A DNA stretch of 64,000 nt, taken from contig OZ244587.1 of the NCBI GenBank assembly GCA_965218095.1, forward strand, positions 4,416,001 to 4,480,000, read 5' to 3'. This DNA is from Candidatus Poribacteria bacterium (GTDB lineage Bacteria; Poribacteria; WGA-4E; PCPOR2b). Position numbers and translations under genes: made by a program. Below, in pieces: positions 52,443 through 63,468 of this stretch (positions are counted from its first letter, which is position 1; the number at the start of each line of letters is the position of its first letter). Below the pieces are notes generated by a model. The model did not search any database. It had not been told where the DNA came from and saw only the letters and a program-made list of their open reading frames with translations.

Positions 52443-53946
52443 TAGAAATTCCCCACGCATGGGTTCAATCAATTTTACCGAGTGGCTGACCCAGAAAAAA
52501 CAGGTCCAGACAAACTTCGAGTATGAGTCGTTGGCAAATGCTCACGGGTTTGCCGACGACTGAGTAGAGCCACCTCCTTCAGACTGAACACATCAGCGAT
52601 ACATCAAGCCAAATAGCACACAAAGCGATACTCAAAAACAGATAATAGCCATAGCTGCTTCAGCCATATTCACAATAAGCGTAAACCCAAAGAAACGTCC
52701 GCAACAACTCAATGCTAAGCTGCCGTGTGGGAGACACCCCCAGATAATCAAACAGGCGTGACACTGCTTGAGAATAAAACAAAAACAACAGGTTACAAAC
52801 GGTAAACAGAATCAACAACACCGCCACTTGGGCATGAGGATGGTGAGAATAGATTCTTTTCGTCACGATTGTCTGATTGGCGGCTTTAAACCCATTATTC
52901 TCGACATCCCATCGCAGATGCGCTAATTCTCTCAACTCTTCTGGCACGAGAGATGTCGCCGTCGTGACCACCCAGAAGGTTAGGACTTCGCCCGTCCGTA
53001 TGACGACCTCTTCGACTTTGGCAACCGTCAGTGAGGCATTGATGTCTCGGTGAAAAAAACCATCGGCTTGTGTGATTTGATAGCTCCGCATTCGCATCGT
53101 GTCAACGCCACAGCGGGTAACAATGTCGAAGACGGGGTCATCTTTGGCGGCAAACAGCCCTTCAGCATCTTGTATAATGCGAAGGGTTATATCATCGGTT
53201 TTGATCCGCACATCACTTTTCAGTTCGTCGAGACATAGATTGAAAAATGGGGCATTGAGGTAGAGCCCGTCGCCGAGAATCAGATTGACAAATCCTACCC
53301 CCAGTTTTGCTTTCAACCGACGCAGCAGCGCATAACTAGCGGGGAGTTCCTTGCCCCGTTTTTCGTAGGGTTCTAAATCGACCATCAGGCTGACCGGACC
53401 CACAATTTCAAAGCAACTGGCTAACAGTCGCCCAAACCCACTGCCATCAATGATGCCGATACGCGGTTTGCCGCTACGTAACTAGCATTTACTGTGGCCG
53501 GATAAAACGTCCAAGCGGTAGGAGTCGAGCAAGGTCTGACGCAAGGCAGAGAGTTGTATTTGCTCTAGGCTACGGGCCATGGTGCTATCACTGGTGACGG
53601 AGGTTTTCCGTCGAAACCACCGTTTGCCAATCGGAGTCCGCAGCATGCGGTCACATGAAAGCAGTGACCCCCAGCCCATCGCACCCATCAGAAAAACCGC
53701 TGAAAAGACAGTTGATGGAGGGATATCGGCGGTCTCCCGCGTATCTCGGACGGTAGCTGCTTTGTGGGAAAGATGAAACTGTTGTTCACAGAAAGCACGA
53801 AAATCCGGTAATTTTGTCGTTGTTATCGGTCTCACCTCCTTTCGATTGGTAGTTTTGGGGTGAATGTATCGCCGAATCATTTCATCGCAAAGTTTACGAC
53901 CGATAACACCGAAATTCAACCTGTTTTTTCTCGTGGGGAATTTGTA
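52443..53946 (-). mobile_element. About 1.5-kb IS (DDE transposase, family uncertain)
   Basis: TIR TAGAAATTCCCCACG / CGTGGGGAATTTGTA; 9-bp TSD TGCCCCCAA / TGCCCTCAA. Confidence 0.85.
52660..53826 (-). pseudogene. Transposase with in-frame TAG (53482-53484) and ATA in the start position
   Basis: IIDGS, GDGLY and RWDVENNGFK motifs; the two ORFs share a frame; RBS GGAGGTG. Confidence 0.82.
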
Positions 53947-53963
53947 TGCCCTCAACTTTTTTG

Positions 53964-53992
53964 TTGACAAATGCGATCCAGTTTGATACACT
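53964..53992 (+). promoter_or_regulatory. tRNA operon promoter
   Basis: TTGACA-17-TACACT with TG extension. Confidence 0.7.
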
Positions 53993-54005
53993 TAAATGCG
54001 CTTTT

Positions 54006-54080
<75 letters not shown>

Positions 54081-54088
54081 TTATGTGC

Positions 54089-54163
54089 GGCGGCGTAGCC
54101 AAGTGGTAAGGCCGGAGTCTGCAAAACTCCTATGCGTCGGTTCGATTCCGACCGCCGCCTCCA
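54089..54163 (+). tRNA. tRNA-Cys(GCA)
   Basis: Cloverleaf, loop CTGCAAA, U73, encoded CCA. Confidence 0.96.
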
Positions 54164-54176
54164 TTTATCCTCATAT

Positions 54177-54250
54177 GGGCGGTTAGCTCAGTTGGTTAGA
54201 GTACTTGCTCGACACGCAAGGGGTCATAGGTTCAAATCCTATACCGCCCA
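54177..54250 (+). tRNA. tRNA-Val(GAC)
   Basis: Cloverleaf, stem CTTGC/GCAAG, loop TCGACAC; followed by TCA rather than CCA. Confidence 0.93.
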
Positions 54251-54269
54251 TCATATTTTGGATTCAATT

Positions 54270-54293
54270 AAAGAGCCGTAAGGCTCTTTTTTT
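54270..54293 (+). terminator. Intrinsic terminator after the tRNA cluster
   Basis: AAAGAGCC-GTAA-GGCTCTTT followed by a T-tract. Confidence 0.8.
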
Positions 54294-54408
54294 ATTGAAA
54301 TAAGTCGGAAGGATGAGCGTTTATATAGACACAAGTGTATACAATGACCGTTTGACGGCCAGACCCAACTGAGGATTTGGTTGGAGAGGCTTATAATTGG
54401 AGAAAGTG

Positions 54409-56226
54409 ATGTCAAGCTCAGAAAAAGATCAGCTTTATAAAATCCGACATAGCACGGCTCATGTGATGGCGCAAGCCACCATGGGACTTTATCCAGAGGC
54501 AAAACTCAGCATTGGTCCCCCGATTGAAAACGGCTTCTACTACGACTTCGATCTCGGGGTCGATGAAGATGGCAAGCGACGATCATTTACGCCGGATGAC
54601 CTCGAAAAAATTGAGAAGCGTATGCGCCAAATCGTCGCCGGCAAACACCCATTTATTTACCGCGAAGTCAGCGTTGAAGAAGCAACCGAGTTATTCAAAG
54701 ATCAGCCATACAAGCTAGAGTTAATCGATGGGCTCACCAAAGGCGGTGCCAATGAGTATGGGGAGGAAATCGATGAGCCGCTGGTGCTGAGTACCTATCG
54801 CCATGATACCTTTGAAGATCTCTGTCGAGGGCCCCATGTCGAGAATACAGGTCAGCTTCGACCTGATGCCTTCAGACTTTTGAGTGTTGCCGGCGCATAT
54901 TGGCGGGGTGACGAAAATAATCCGATGCTTCAGCGCATCTACGGTACAGCGTGGCACACCAAAGTAGAACTCAAGCAGCATCTCCAAATGCTTGAGGAGG
55001 CGAAAAAGCGCGATCACCGTAAACTCGGCAGGGACTTAGAAATCTTTATCTTTGATGACGAAGTTGGTCCCGGGCTTCCCCTGTGGTTGCCAAACGGCGG
55101 AATCATCATCGAAGAATTGGAAAAGCTCGCCAAGGAAATGGAAGACAAGCGGGGATATGATCGGGCCCGTACACCCCACCTTGCCAAAGATGCACTCTTT
55201 CTTCGTACTGGTCACCTGCCGTATTATGCCGAAAGTATGTATCCACCAATGGAGGTGGAGGGCGTGCGGTACTACCTGAAGCCGATGAACTGCCCATTCC
55301 ATCACAAGATTTTCGATAGCAAACCACGTAGCTACCGCGATCTCCCGCTTCGCTTGGCTGAATATGGTGCCTGCTATCGCTTTGAAAAGAGCGGCGAACT
55401 TTTTGGTCTCATGCGGGTACGCTCCATGCAAATGAATGACGCCCATATCTATTGCTCAGAAGAGCAGTTTGAAGAAGAGTTTATGGGGGTCGTTGACCTG
55501 TATCTTGAATATTTCCGAATCTTCGGCGTCGAAAAATATGTGATGCGCCTTAGCACACACCACAAGAGTGGGCTTGGCAAAAAGTATATCGACAATGAAC
55601 CATTATGGCTCAAAACCGAAGAGATGGTCCGCAGCGCGATGAAGAATGGTGGTGTGCCTTTTGTAGAAGTTCCTGATGAAGCCGCCTTCTATGGTCCGAA
55701 AATTGACGTGCAGATCTGGAGCGCCATTGGCAGGGAATTCAGCCTTGCCACGAATCAGGTCGATTTTGCCGTTCCAGCACGATGTGACCTGAGCTTTGTC
55801 AACCGAGAGGGGGTTCCCGAAATCCCGATATGTCTTCATCGCGCCCCGCTTGGTACGCATGAACGCATGATTGGTTTCCTGATTGAACATTATGCCGGTA
55901 AATTTCCCGTTTGGCTTTCACCAGAGCATGCCCGTGTGATTCCAATCAACGACGGCCACAACGACTATGCTCAGAAAATTGCCGAACGGTTGAAAGCGTC
56001 CGATATTCGCGTGCAGGCTGATCTTGGCCCGGATCGTATGAATGCAAAAATTCGTCAAGCCCAGTTGATGCAAGTGCCTTATATGCTCGTTGTCGGGGAC
56101 AGAGAAGTAGAGAACAATAACCTTTCTCTCCGAAAACGAGATGGCTCTCGTCAGAACGGTATGCCCACCGATGAATTCATCGCTTTAGTCCAGGATCGCA
56201 TTGTGATCCGGTCAGATCAGCTTTAG
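54409..56226 (+). CDS. thrS: Threonine--tRNA ligase
   Basis: RHSTAH, DLCRGPH, RDHRKLG, KPMNCP and AFYGPK motifs. Confidence 0.97.
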   Translation: MSSSEKDQLYKIRHSTAHVMAQATMGLYPEAKLSIGPPIENGFYYDFDLGVDEDGKRRSFTPDDLEKIEKRMRQIVAGKHPFIYREVSVEEATELFKDQPYKLELIDGLTKGGANEYGEEIDEPLVLSTYRHDTFEDLCRGPHVENTGQLRPDAFRLLSVAGAYWRGDENNPMLQRIYGTAWHTKVELKQHLQMLEEAKKRDHRKLGRDLEIFIFDDEVGPGLPLWLPNGGIIIEELEKLAKEMEDKRGYDRARTPHLAKDALFLRTGHLPYYAESMYPPMEVEGVRYYLKPMNCPFHHKIFDSKPRSYRDLPLRLAEYGACYRFEKSGELFGLMRVRSMQMNDAHIYCSEEQFEEEFMGVVDLYLEYFRIFGVEKYVMRLSTHHKSGLGKKYIDNEPLWLKTEEMVRSAMKNGGVPFVEVPDEAAFYGPKIDVQIWSAIGREFSLATNQVDFAVPARCDLSFVNREGVPEIPICLHRAPLGTHERMIGFLIEHYAGKFPVWLSPEHARVIPINDGHNDYAQKIAERLKASDIRVQADLGPDRMNAKIRQAQLMQVPYMLVVGDREVENNNLSLRKRDGSRQNGMPTDEFIALVQDRIVIRSDQL

Positions 56227-56254
56227 AAAACACCTGAGAGAGGTGGTGAAAATC

Positions 56255-57442
56255 ATGAAACGCATCTATTTAGATCACAACGCAACAACCCCGCTCCACC
56301 CCGAAGTGCTGGAAACGATGTTACCCTATATGACGGAACACTTTGGGAATGGTTCGAGTATCCACTCTTACGGGCGTGAGGCGCGTAACGCCATTGATAC
56401 CGCACGCGAACAGGTCGCGGATTTAATCAACGCGAAAAGCCCAAGCGAGATTGTTTTCACGGGCACCGGGACAGAAGCAGACAATTACGCCATCAAAGGG
56501 CTCGCCGAGTTGCAAAGAAGTCGCAACAGCGGGGTTCACATCATCACCTCTTCGATTGAGCATCACGCGGTGTTGCACACATGCCAATACCTTGAGAAGC
56601 GTGGGTTTGAGGTCACCTATTTGCCTGTCGATCGGTATGGAAGGATTCGGATCGAAGATCTGTGCGAGGCGATTCGGGACACGACCATCCTGATCTCGAT
56701 TATGCACGCCAACAATGAAACGGGGACAATTGAACCGATCGAGGCGGTCTGTGAAGTCGCTCGCGAGCATCGTATTCCTGTCCACACGGACGCGGTACAA
56801 TCGGTCGGGAAGCTTCCCGTCAATGTCCGAGAATTGGGCGTCAATCTGCTCTCGCTTTCAGGACACAAGATCTATGGTCCTAAAGGGATTGGCGTACTGT
56901 ACATCCGTCGTGGAACTCGGTTGGAGAATCTGCTCCACGGTGGTTCACATGAGCGTAATCGCCGCGCTGGCTCGGAGAACGTCCCCACGATTGTCGGGTT
57001 TGGTAAGGCAGCCGAACTTGCGAAGAAGCATCGGGAAGTTGATGTTGACCACCTAAATCGACTGACAAATAAATTGCGTAGAGGGCTGCATGAACGCCTC
57101 GATTATATCTACGAGAATAGCCATCCTGAACACTGCCTGCCGGGAACCCTCAACATCTCATTTGAGTACGTCGAAGGGGAAAGCCTGATCCTGCAGTTGG
57201 ATATGGAAGGCATCTGTGTTTCGACCGGCTCTGCCTGTACCTCTGGTTCGATGGAGCCTTCTCATGTTTTAGCGGCGCTCGGCCTCCCACCGCGGTTGGC
57301 GCAAGGCACCGTGCGGTTTTCGCTCGGCAGGGGAAACACGGAAGCCGAAATCAACGAAGTGATCGAAAAAGTCCCCAAGGTCGTCGAGCAGATGCGTGCG
57401 ATGTCTCCGGCGTATAAGAAGGCGATGAAGCGTGAAACGTAA
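56255..57442 (+). CDS. iscS: Cysteine desulfurase (IscS/NifS class I)
   Basis: YLDHNATT, SGHKIYGPKG and STGSACTSG motifs. Confidence 0.9.
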   Translation: MKRIYLDHNATTPLHPEVLETMLPYMTEHFGNGSSIHSYGREARNAIDTAREQVADLINAKSPSEIVFTGTGTEADNYAIKGLAELQRSRNSGVHIITSSIEHHAVLHTCQYLEKRGFEVTYLPVDRYGRIRIEDLCEAIRDTTILISIMHANNETGTIEPIEAVCEVAREHRIPVHTDAVQSVGKLPVNVRELGVNLLSLSGHKIYGPKGIGVLYIRRGTRLENLLHGGSHERNRRAGSENVPTIVGFGKAAELAKKHREVDVDHLNRLTNKLRRGLHERLDYIYENSHPEHCLPGTLNISFEYVEGESLILQLDMEGICVSTGSACTSGSMEPSHVLAALGLPPRLAQGTVRFSLGRGNTEAEINEVIEKVPKVVEQMRAMSPAYKKAMKRET

Positions 57443-57502
57443 TACATGAGCACAAAAACGAAAGTACAGTCACTCAGCAAGTGCAACCCCAATCCCGCTC
57501 TC

Positions 57503-58525
57503 ATGTCAAAGCCTCAAATCTTCCATGTTGCCCCCGACCAGCACGGTGTTCGGCTCGATCTGTTTATTGAGGCGGAACAGATGATCGTGCTTGTGCATAC
57601 CGATTCGTTATCTCGAACCTACATTCAAAAGCTGATCCGAGAAGGTGCCATAACGGTCAACGGCAAAGTTTCCAAGCCAAGCTACAACATCCGAACCAGC
57701 GACCAGATCGCCCTCATCCTACCTCCTCCCTATCCACTCGAAACACTCCATCCTGAACAGATTCCACTTGACATTCTGTACGAAGATTCCAGCCTAATCG
57801 TTGTGAATAAGCCACCTGGCATGGTTGTCCATCCTGCTGGCGATGTTCAATCTGGCACGCTTGTCAACGTGCTACTGACGTATTGTGATGAACTCCCCGG
57901 TATTGGTGGCGTCCAACGCCCCGGCATCGTTCATCGACTCGACAAAGATACATCTGGGGTGCTCGTCGCCGCTAAGACAGATCGCGCCCATCGACACCTT
58001 TCGGCACAGTTTGAAGCCCACACCACCACACGCCATTACCACGCGGTTATCTGTGGAACACTTCCCCAAGAGACAGGAACGATCAATGCTCGAATTACCC
58101 GAGGTCGTCGGGATCGGCGGAAGATGACTGTAACAGAAGTTAGTGGTCGGCATGCAATCACTCATTATCGCCTGCTGGAGGTATATGATCGATTTGCTCT
58201 TATCGAACTGACCTTGGAAACGGGCCGCATTCACCAAATCCGTGTCCATCTCAGTCACATTGGGCACCCAGTTGCGGGGGATGCGGTCTATGGCGGCGGC
58301 GGACATCGGGCCCTGCTTGATGCCCCGTCTGCGGCGGTTAAACAAGCCCTTGTGAAGCTCAATCGTCAAGCCTTACATGCCCATACGCTTGAGTTTGATC
58401 ATCCGGAAACAAATGAACGGCTGGCGTTTTCAATGGAAATGCCGGCGGATATGCAACGTCTTGTTGATGCGTTGCAGGAAGCGTGCGGCGTGGACAGGAA
58501 AGTGGTAAGAGGACAAAGAGATTGA
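57503..58525 (+). CDS. RluA-family pseudouridine synthase (RluD-like)
   Basis: S4 domain; NKPPGMVVHP, HRLDKDTSG and GRIHQIRVH motifs. Confidence 0.92.
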   Translation: MSKPQIFHVAPDQHGVRLDLFIEAEQMIVLVHTDSLSRTYIQKLIREGAITVNGKVSKPSYNIRTSDQIALILPPPYPLETLHPEQIPLDILYEDSSLIVVNKPPGMVVHPAGDVQSGTLVNVLLTYCDELPGIGGVQRPGIVHRLDKDTSGVLVAAKTDRAHRHLSAQFEAHTTTRHYHAVICGTLPQETGTINARITRGRRDRRKMTVTEVSGRHAITHYRLLEVYDRFALIELTLETGRIHQIRVHLSHIGHPVAGDAVYGGGGHRALLDAPSAAVKQALVKLNRQALHAHTLEFDHPETNERLAFSMEMPADMQRLVDALQEACGVDRKVVRGQRD

Positions 58526-58652
58526 AAATGGGAATGGAAGGAAGGGAAGAATGGAAGAAAGGAATGGCTGTTGTGTTTTGCTGTCAAATGAGTTATACTA
58601 TTGTTGTTTCCTATTTTGATGGCTAAACTTCAGAGCAGAGATAGGGGGAACT

Positions 58653-59539
58653 ATGAACGTCAATATTGGCTCCGCACCGGATTCATGGGGGGTCTGGTTT
58701 GCAAGCAATCCCAATCAACCTCCATGGCAGCGATTTCTAGATGAGGTTGCAGAAGCTGGCTACGAGTGGATCGAGTTGGGTCCCTATGGTTACTTGCCTA
58801 CCGATCTATCTACCCTCCGTGCTGAACTCGACAAACGTGGTCTGAAAGTTGCGGCGACATACGCCATGGGCAATCTTGAGGAACCATCGGCATGGCCGGA
58901 GTTGGAAAAACAGGTGTTGGGGGCAGGTGAGCTGTTGGCGGCTTTGGGCGCCAAATTTCTCGTGCTCATTGACGATAGCTATACCGATCTCCTTACGGCT
59001 CAACTGTTATCATCCGCACACCTGGACGAAAACGCCTGGAGGCGATTGATAGACACCACGCAGACAGTGGCTGAGTTGGTACGTAAGCGTTTTGGGCTCA
59101 CACTTATCTTTCATCCCCACGCCGAGACACATGTTGAGCATGAGGACCAAATTGCGGCGTTGCTCGACCAAACCGAGCCCGATCTTGTATCGCTTTGCTT
59201 GGATACCGGACATCATGCCTATCGAGGGGGGACCCCGTCAGCTTTATGCGCCGCTGCCATCACCGGATTCCCTACCTCCGTCTCAAGAGTGTTGACCCGG
59301 ACATGCAAAAGAAAGTTGAAGCTGAGAGCATTCCTTTTGCCACGGATGTCTTGATGGACATGTTCGTTGAACCGGCGAAAGGCACGGTGGATTTCCTAGC
59401 TTTCCGAGATGTCTTGAGGGAGATCGATTTTGACGAGTGGGCGATTGTCGAACAGGATATGTATCCTGCGCCGTTTGACAAACCTTTACCCATCGCTAAA
59501 CGCACTCGCGCGTACCTTCGTGAAATCCACATTGGGTGA
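58653..59539 (+). pseudogene. Sugar phosphate isomerase/epimerase (IolE-like), frameshifted at a G6 run near 59226-59231
   Basis: APDSWGVW, ELGPYG, HPHA and LDTGH, then VEQD in the next frame. Confidence 0.8.
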
Positions 59540-59772
59540 ATATTATCTTCAATGTCAGATCATCGACGCTGCTGCACGTTCTACGATGCCAATTCAGGAG
59601 GAAAAGGAAATAAAATCCTCATCTGCTCGATTGTTTTATAACCGCAGATCCCATAGAATTACGCGGATGAATTATCCGCGTAATTCTACGAAATCCGTGG
59701 TTATAAACCAGGGAATGGCGCAGATCTTCTTGATAAGCGGTGGTTACAGCACCTGCAACGGGAGGAGAAACA

Positions 59773-60882
59773 ATGAAGAATTCAGTGTACCGCGTCGCCA
59801 TCATCGGAACCGGTCGCATGGGCGGATTGATTGAAGATGAACTCTCGCCCAATCAGTTTTCGAGTCCTTATGGCCACTTCAGCGCTTACGCTGCCATTGA
59901 GCAGACCGAAGTAGTGGCCGTCGCCAATCGTGGCGTCAAGCGCCTGAAGCGGTTTGCCGAACGGTTCGGCATCACCAACACGTACCTCGACTACCGCGAG
60001 ATGATCGAGAACGAGAAACCAGACATCGTGAGCGTAACCACTCCGTCGTTCGCGCGCGCTGAACCCATCATCTTCTCGGCGGAGCACGGTGTACGAGGTA
60101 TATATTCCGAAAAGGGACTATGTGCTTCGCTGGCGGAGGCGGACCGCATCGTTACTGCCTGCAAGGAAAACAACGTAGCTTTCAACTGGGGGGCTATGCG
60201 CCGACATCACGACGGCTATATTCGGCTGCGTGACGCTATCGCCCGGGGCGATATCGGAGAGCCTCGCTATTCTGTAATGTACACGTATACCGATCTCATA
60301 AAGCACCATCCTCACACGCTGGATCTGGCATCGATGTTACTGGGTGACCCCGCTCCAATTTGGGTGGAGGGGCACCTGGTGGATAAGGGGGAACCGCTGG
60401 CCGCTAACGCCGATGAGCGACCCCGTTCCTATCCGAGCTATGACCCAGCCGGGCATTGTTTTGTGCCGCCACCTGGGGAAGAGATATCAGATCCGATGGT
60501 CGGGTTCTTCCGGATTGGCTATGAGAATAATGCTGAAGGGATTTTTGCGCCTATACCTGGGCCATTTAGCATCGACGTGCACGGTACCGAAGGACATGCC
60601 TATGCCTGGGACAATGGCGATGTTTTTTGCGTCCGGCGTAGTGCGAAGGGCGGATCTGCGGTCGATGAGAAGATTATCAAGTCGACCGGCGAAAGCCCCA
60701 CGGTGTGCACGATTCGGGACATCATCCGCGAGATGGAAACCGGGGAGCGTACAGCCGGGAATATCGACGTGACGATGCAATCCGTGGATGCGCAGTTTGG
60801 CCTGGCCTACTCTCACTTGCAGGGTGGCGCGCGTGTTTCATTACCTGTTGCGGATCGCAGCCTCTACATCCCTGGCGGTTGA
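59773..60882 (+). CDS. Gfo/Idh/MocA family oxidoreductase
   Basis: IIGTGRMG and GIYSEKG motifs; RBS GGAGGAG. Confidence 0.85.
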   Translation: MKNSVYRVAIIGTGRMGGLIEDELSPNQFSSPYGHFSAYAAIEQTEVVAVANRGVKRLKRFAERFGITNTYLDYREMIENEKPDIVSVTTPSFARAEPIIFSAEHGVRGIYSEKGLCASLAEADRIVTACKENNVAFNWGAMRRHHDGYIRLRDAIARGDIGEPRYSVMYTYTDLIKHHPHTLDLASMLLGDPAPIWVEGHLVDKGEPLAANADERPRSYPSYDPAGHCFVPPPGEEISDPMVGFFRIGYENNAEGIFAPIPGPFSIDVHGTEGHAYAWDNGDVFCVRRSAKGGSAVDEKIIKSTGESPTVCTIRDIIREMETGERTAGNIDVTMQSVDAQFGLAYSHLQGGARVSLPVADRSLYIPGG

Positions 60883-60963
60883 CATCGACAATTCGTTCAC
60901 ACTCAGCTTATTGAAATGCTGTATTATCTGTTGTAAGAGCATGTTGTAGACACGCCTCTACCG

Positions 60964-61059
60964 CGAATGCTACATTGCTGGTTCGATTAGAAGCCTGCCC
61001 CAATTGCCCCACCTCCCGATCTTCCGAATGTTTCAATTCTACACTGGTTCGATTAGAGG
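60964..61059. CRISPR. Orphan degenerate CRISPR-like mini-array (2 repeats, one 36-nt spacer)
   Basis: GTTTCAATTCTACACTGGTTCGATTAGAGG (61030-61059) and degenerate ..CTGGTTCGATTAGAAG (ends 60993); no cas genes in window. Confidence 0.6.
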
Positions 61060-61292
61060 GTCAACAGCATTGGTGTAGAAGATAGGGTCGTTTAATTTTC
61101 CAACCTTCGGAAGGTTGAGTAATGGATTGCTTACTTGGAGATTAGGCAGATTCTGTTTCACGGAAAAATCGTTTCTGTCAAAAAACCTTCCTAAGGGTCA
61201 ATCTGCCGAAAACTGAATGACCCTAATTCCCTGTGATTCCGTGGAAAAAAGCCAATTTTTGCCCATATATGTATGACGCTTTCAATAAAACC

Positions 61293-61322
61293 TTGACGAT
61301 CAGCGATCCACTAATGTATAAT
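61293..61322 (+). promoter_or_regulatory. Probable rho promoter
   Basis: TTGACG-18-TATAAT. Confidence 0.6.
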
Positions 61323-61753
61323 TTTACATAATAGTAGTTCCCACCAGCAGTTGTCTACTGCAAAGAGTCGCTTCATTTTAGACATTCTTATCCTTCAAAC
61401 TTTAGTTCGACACCTCTTCTGCATGTTACCCAGTTTGGTAATTCCTTTAATTGAGGGTGGTGCATTATTATTACCAAATCCAATTGTCACCGGATCCTTG
61501 CGTCCAAATTATGCAACACCTCCTTTTATTCAAAATTCAACCGACCGCAATTCTGTGTATTCTTATCTAATAATCTGACCCGATTTTCTTTTCGATTTTC
61601 CCTCTAACTATCCTATTTTCCCTGGATAGCGCCATCTGTAGATTGCTTTTTGGAACGGCTTCGCGCCAATTTTGAGATTGGATGCAACGATGAAGTGATG
61701 GGTGTTGGGCAATCTGCAGATGGCTAGGATTGCGCAATGAGGAGCAATGAAAT

Positions 61754-63067
61754 ATGGAGAATGTGGACATCATCAAACTCCAGGAAATGACAATCTCCGA
61801 ACTGAATACTATGGCTCGAAAGCTCGGGCTTACAGGGTATAGTGGGCTCCGCAAGCAGGAATTGATCTCCCAGATTCTTGAAGCCAAAGCGGAGAGCAGT
61901 GGCTTATTATTCGGAGAAGGTATCCTTGAGATTTTACCTGAAAAGTACGGCTTCCTCAGATCATCTCGCTATAACTATTTGCAAAGCACCGATGATATTT
62001 ATGTATCTCCCTCTCAGATTCGTAAGTTTGACCTCCGCACAGGTCATGAGGTGCAGGGTCAAATCCGCCCACCTAAAAAAGGCGGCGATAAAGATGAATA
62101 TTATTTTGCCTTACTGAAGATTGAAAAGGTCAATGCCGAGAGCCCTGATTCTTCAAAGGATAAAATTCTCTTCGATAACCTGACCCCTGTCTACCCTTAT
62201 GAAGAGTTGAAGCTTGAGCATGATCCAAAAGAGTTTTCAACCCGCATTGTGGAGCTGATGTCCCCAATTGGTAAGGGACAGCGGGGGCTGATTGTAGCGC
62301 CGCCTTACAGCGGCAAAACCACGATCTTAAAAAATATCGCACAGGGTATTGAGGCGAATTATCCGGAAGTTGTGTTGATCTTTCTTTTAATTGATGAGCG
62401 TCCAGAAGAAGTGACAGACGTCTCGCGTTTCGTTAAAGGGGAGGTTATCAGTTCAACTTTTGACGAGCATCCAGAACGGCATGTGCAAGTTGCAGATATA
62501 GTCATCGAGAAGGCGAAGAGATGGGTCGAGTATGGCAAAGACGTGGTGATTATGTTGGACAGTATGACACGCCTCGTGCGAGCTTGTAACGTTGTGGCAC
62601 CGCACAGCGGCAAAACGTTAACAGGCGGTTTAGATGCGCTGGCGTTCCTGAAGCCACGGCAGTTCTTTGGGGCGGCACGAAAGTTTGAAGATGGGGGGAG
62701 TTTAACAATCATAGCCACTGTGTTAATTGACACGGAAAGTCGTGGCGATGAGCATATTTATGAGGAATTGAAAGGTACTGCCAACATGGAGATTCACCTA
62801 GAACGCTCTCTGCTAGAACGGCGTATTTTCCCCTCCATCAACATCAACAAATCGAAGACAAGGCGTGAGGAGCTGTTACTAAAACCAGAGATACTTAGCA
62901 AAGCGTGGGTTCTGCGAAAATTTATGGGACAGATGAGCACCGCTGAATCGATGGAACTCTTCGTCGAACAGTTGGGAAAAACAGGAACAAACGAGCAGTT
63001 CCTTGAAATGATGGTGGATAGCAGCGGGAGAAGTGTCTCATCATCACGTACGCGGTATCAGTGGTAG
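61754..63067 (+). CDS. rho: Transcription termination factor Rho
   Basis: [26 protein letters not shown] and [11 protein letters not shown] motifs. Confidence 0.97.
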   Translation: MENVDIIKLQEMTISELNTMARKLGLTGYSGLRKQELISQILEAKAESSGLLFGEGILEILPEKYGFLRSSRYNYLQSTDDIYVSPSQIRKFDLRTGHEVQGQIRPPKKGGDKDEYYFALLKIEKVNAESPDSSKDKILFDNLTPVYPYEELKLEHDPKEFSTRIVELMSPIGKGQRGLIVAPPYSGKTTILKNIAQGIEANYPEVVLIFLLIDERPEEVTDVSRFVKGEVISSTFDEHPERHVQVADIVIEKAKRWVEYGKDVVIMLDSMTRLVRACNVVAPHSGKTLTGGLDALAFLKPRQFFGAARKFEDGGSLTIIATVLIDTESRGDEHIYEELKGTANMEIHLERSLLERRIFPSININKSKTRREELLLKPEILSKAWVLRKFMGQMSTAESMELFVEQLGKTGTNEQFLEMMVDSSGRSVSSSRTRYQW

Positions 63068-63128
63068 TCTTCGGATTAACGCCTATCGAGACTTCAATTT
63101 ATTCAATCGTAAGGAGGTGAGTGTTCTC

Positions 63129-63338
63129 ATGAAATCAGATATTCATCCTGAGACCATGGAATGTGTCATCAATTGTGTGTGCGGTGCAACATATACAACC
63201 ATTTCCACAAAGCCTCAAATCCGGGTAGAAATTTGTTCAAAATGCCATCCGTTTTACACAGGACAGCAGACAATTATTGATACAGCAGGTCGTGTGGAAA
63301 GCTTCCGCCGCAAATATGGTTTGACAGATGACAGCTAA
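63129..63338 (+). CDS. rpmE: 50S ribosomal protein L31 (Zn-binding type)
   Basis: [21 protein letters not shown]. Confidence 0.96.
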   Translation: MKSDIHPETMECVINCVCGATYTTISTKPQIRVEICSKCHPFYTGQQTIIDTAGRVESFRRKYGLTDDS

Positions 63339-63384
63339 GTGGAAACAGACAACTGTTAGTGTCTCCATGGATCGACGAATCAAT

Positions 63385-63434
63385 TAGAGATTTCCCATGA
63401 GATCGACTCATTTCTTATGCATGGGGAATTTCTA
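63385..63434. mobile_element. 50-bp MITE sharing ends with the 52443-53946 IS
   Basis: TAGAGATTTCCCATG..CATGGGGAATTTCTA; perfect 9-bp TSD CGAATCAAT. Confidence 0.85.
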
Positions 63435-63468
63435 CGAATCAATCAGATGAGCAAAGGTGATAGCCAAT

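Noticed and set aside
53482-53484. Programmed readthrough in the transposase
   Set aside because: The element also has an altered start codon and mismatched TIR/TSD, indicating decay
54294-54408. T-box upstream of thrS
   Set aside because: Only about 115 nt available and no UGGNACC antiterminator
59226-59231. G6 tract as a phase-variation switch
   Set aside because: Too short to be convincing; other substitutions suggest decay or a sequencing indel
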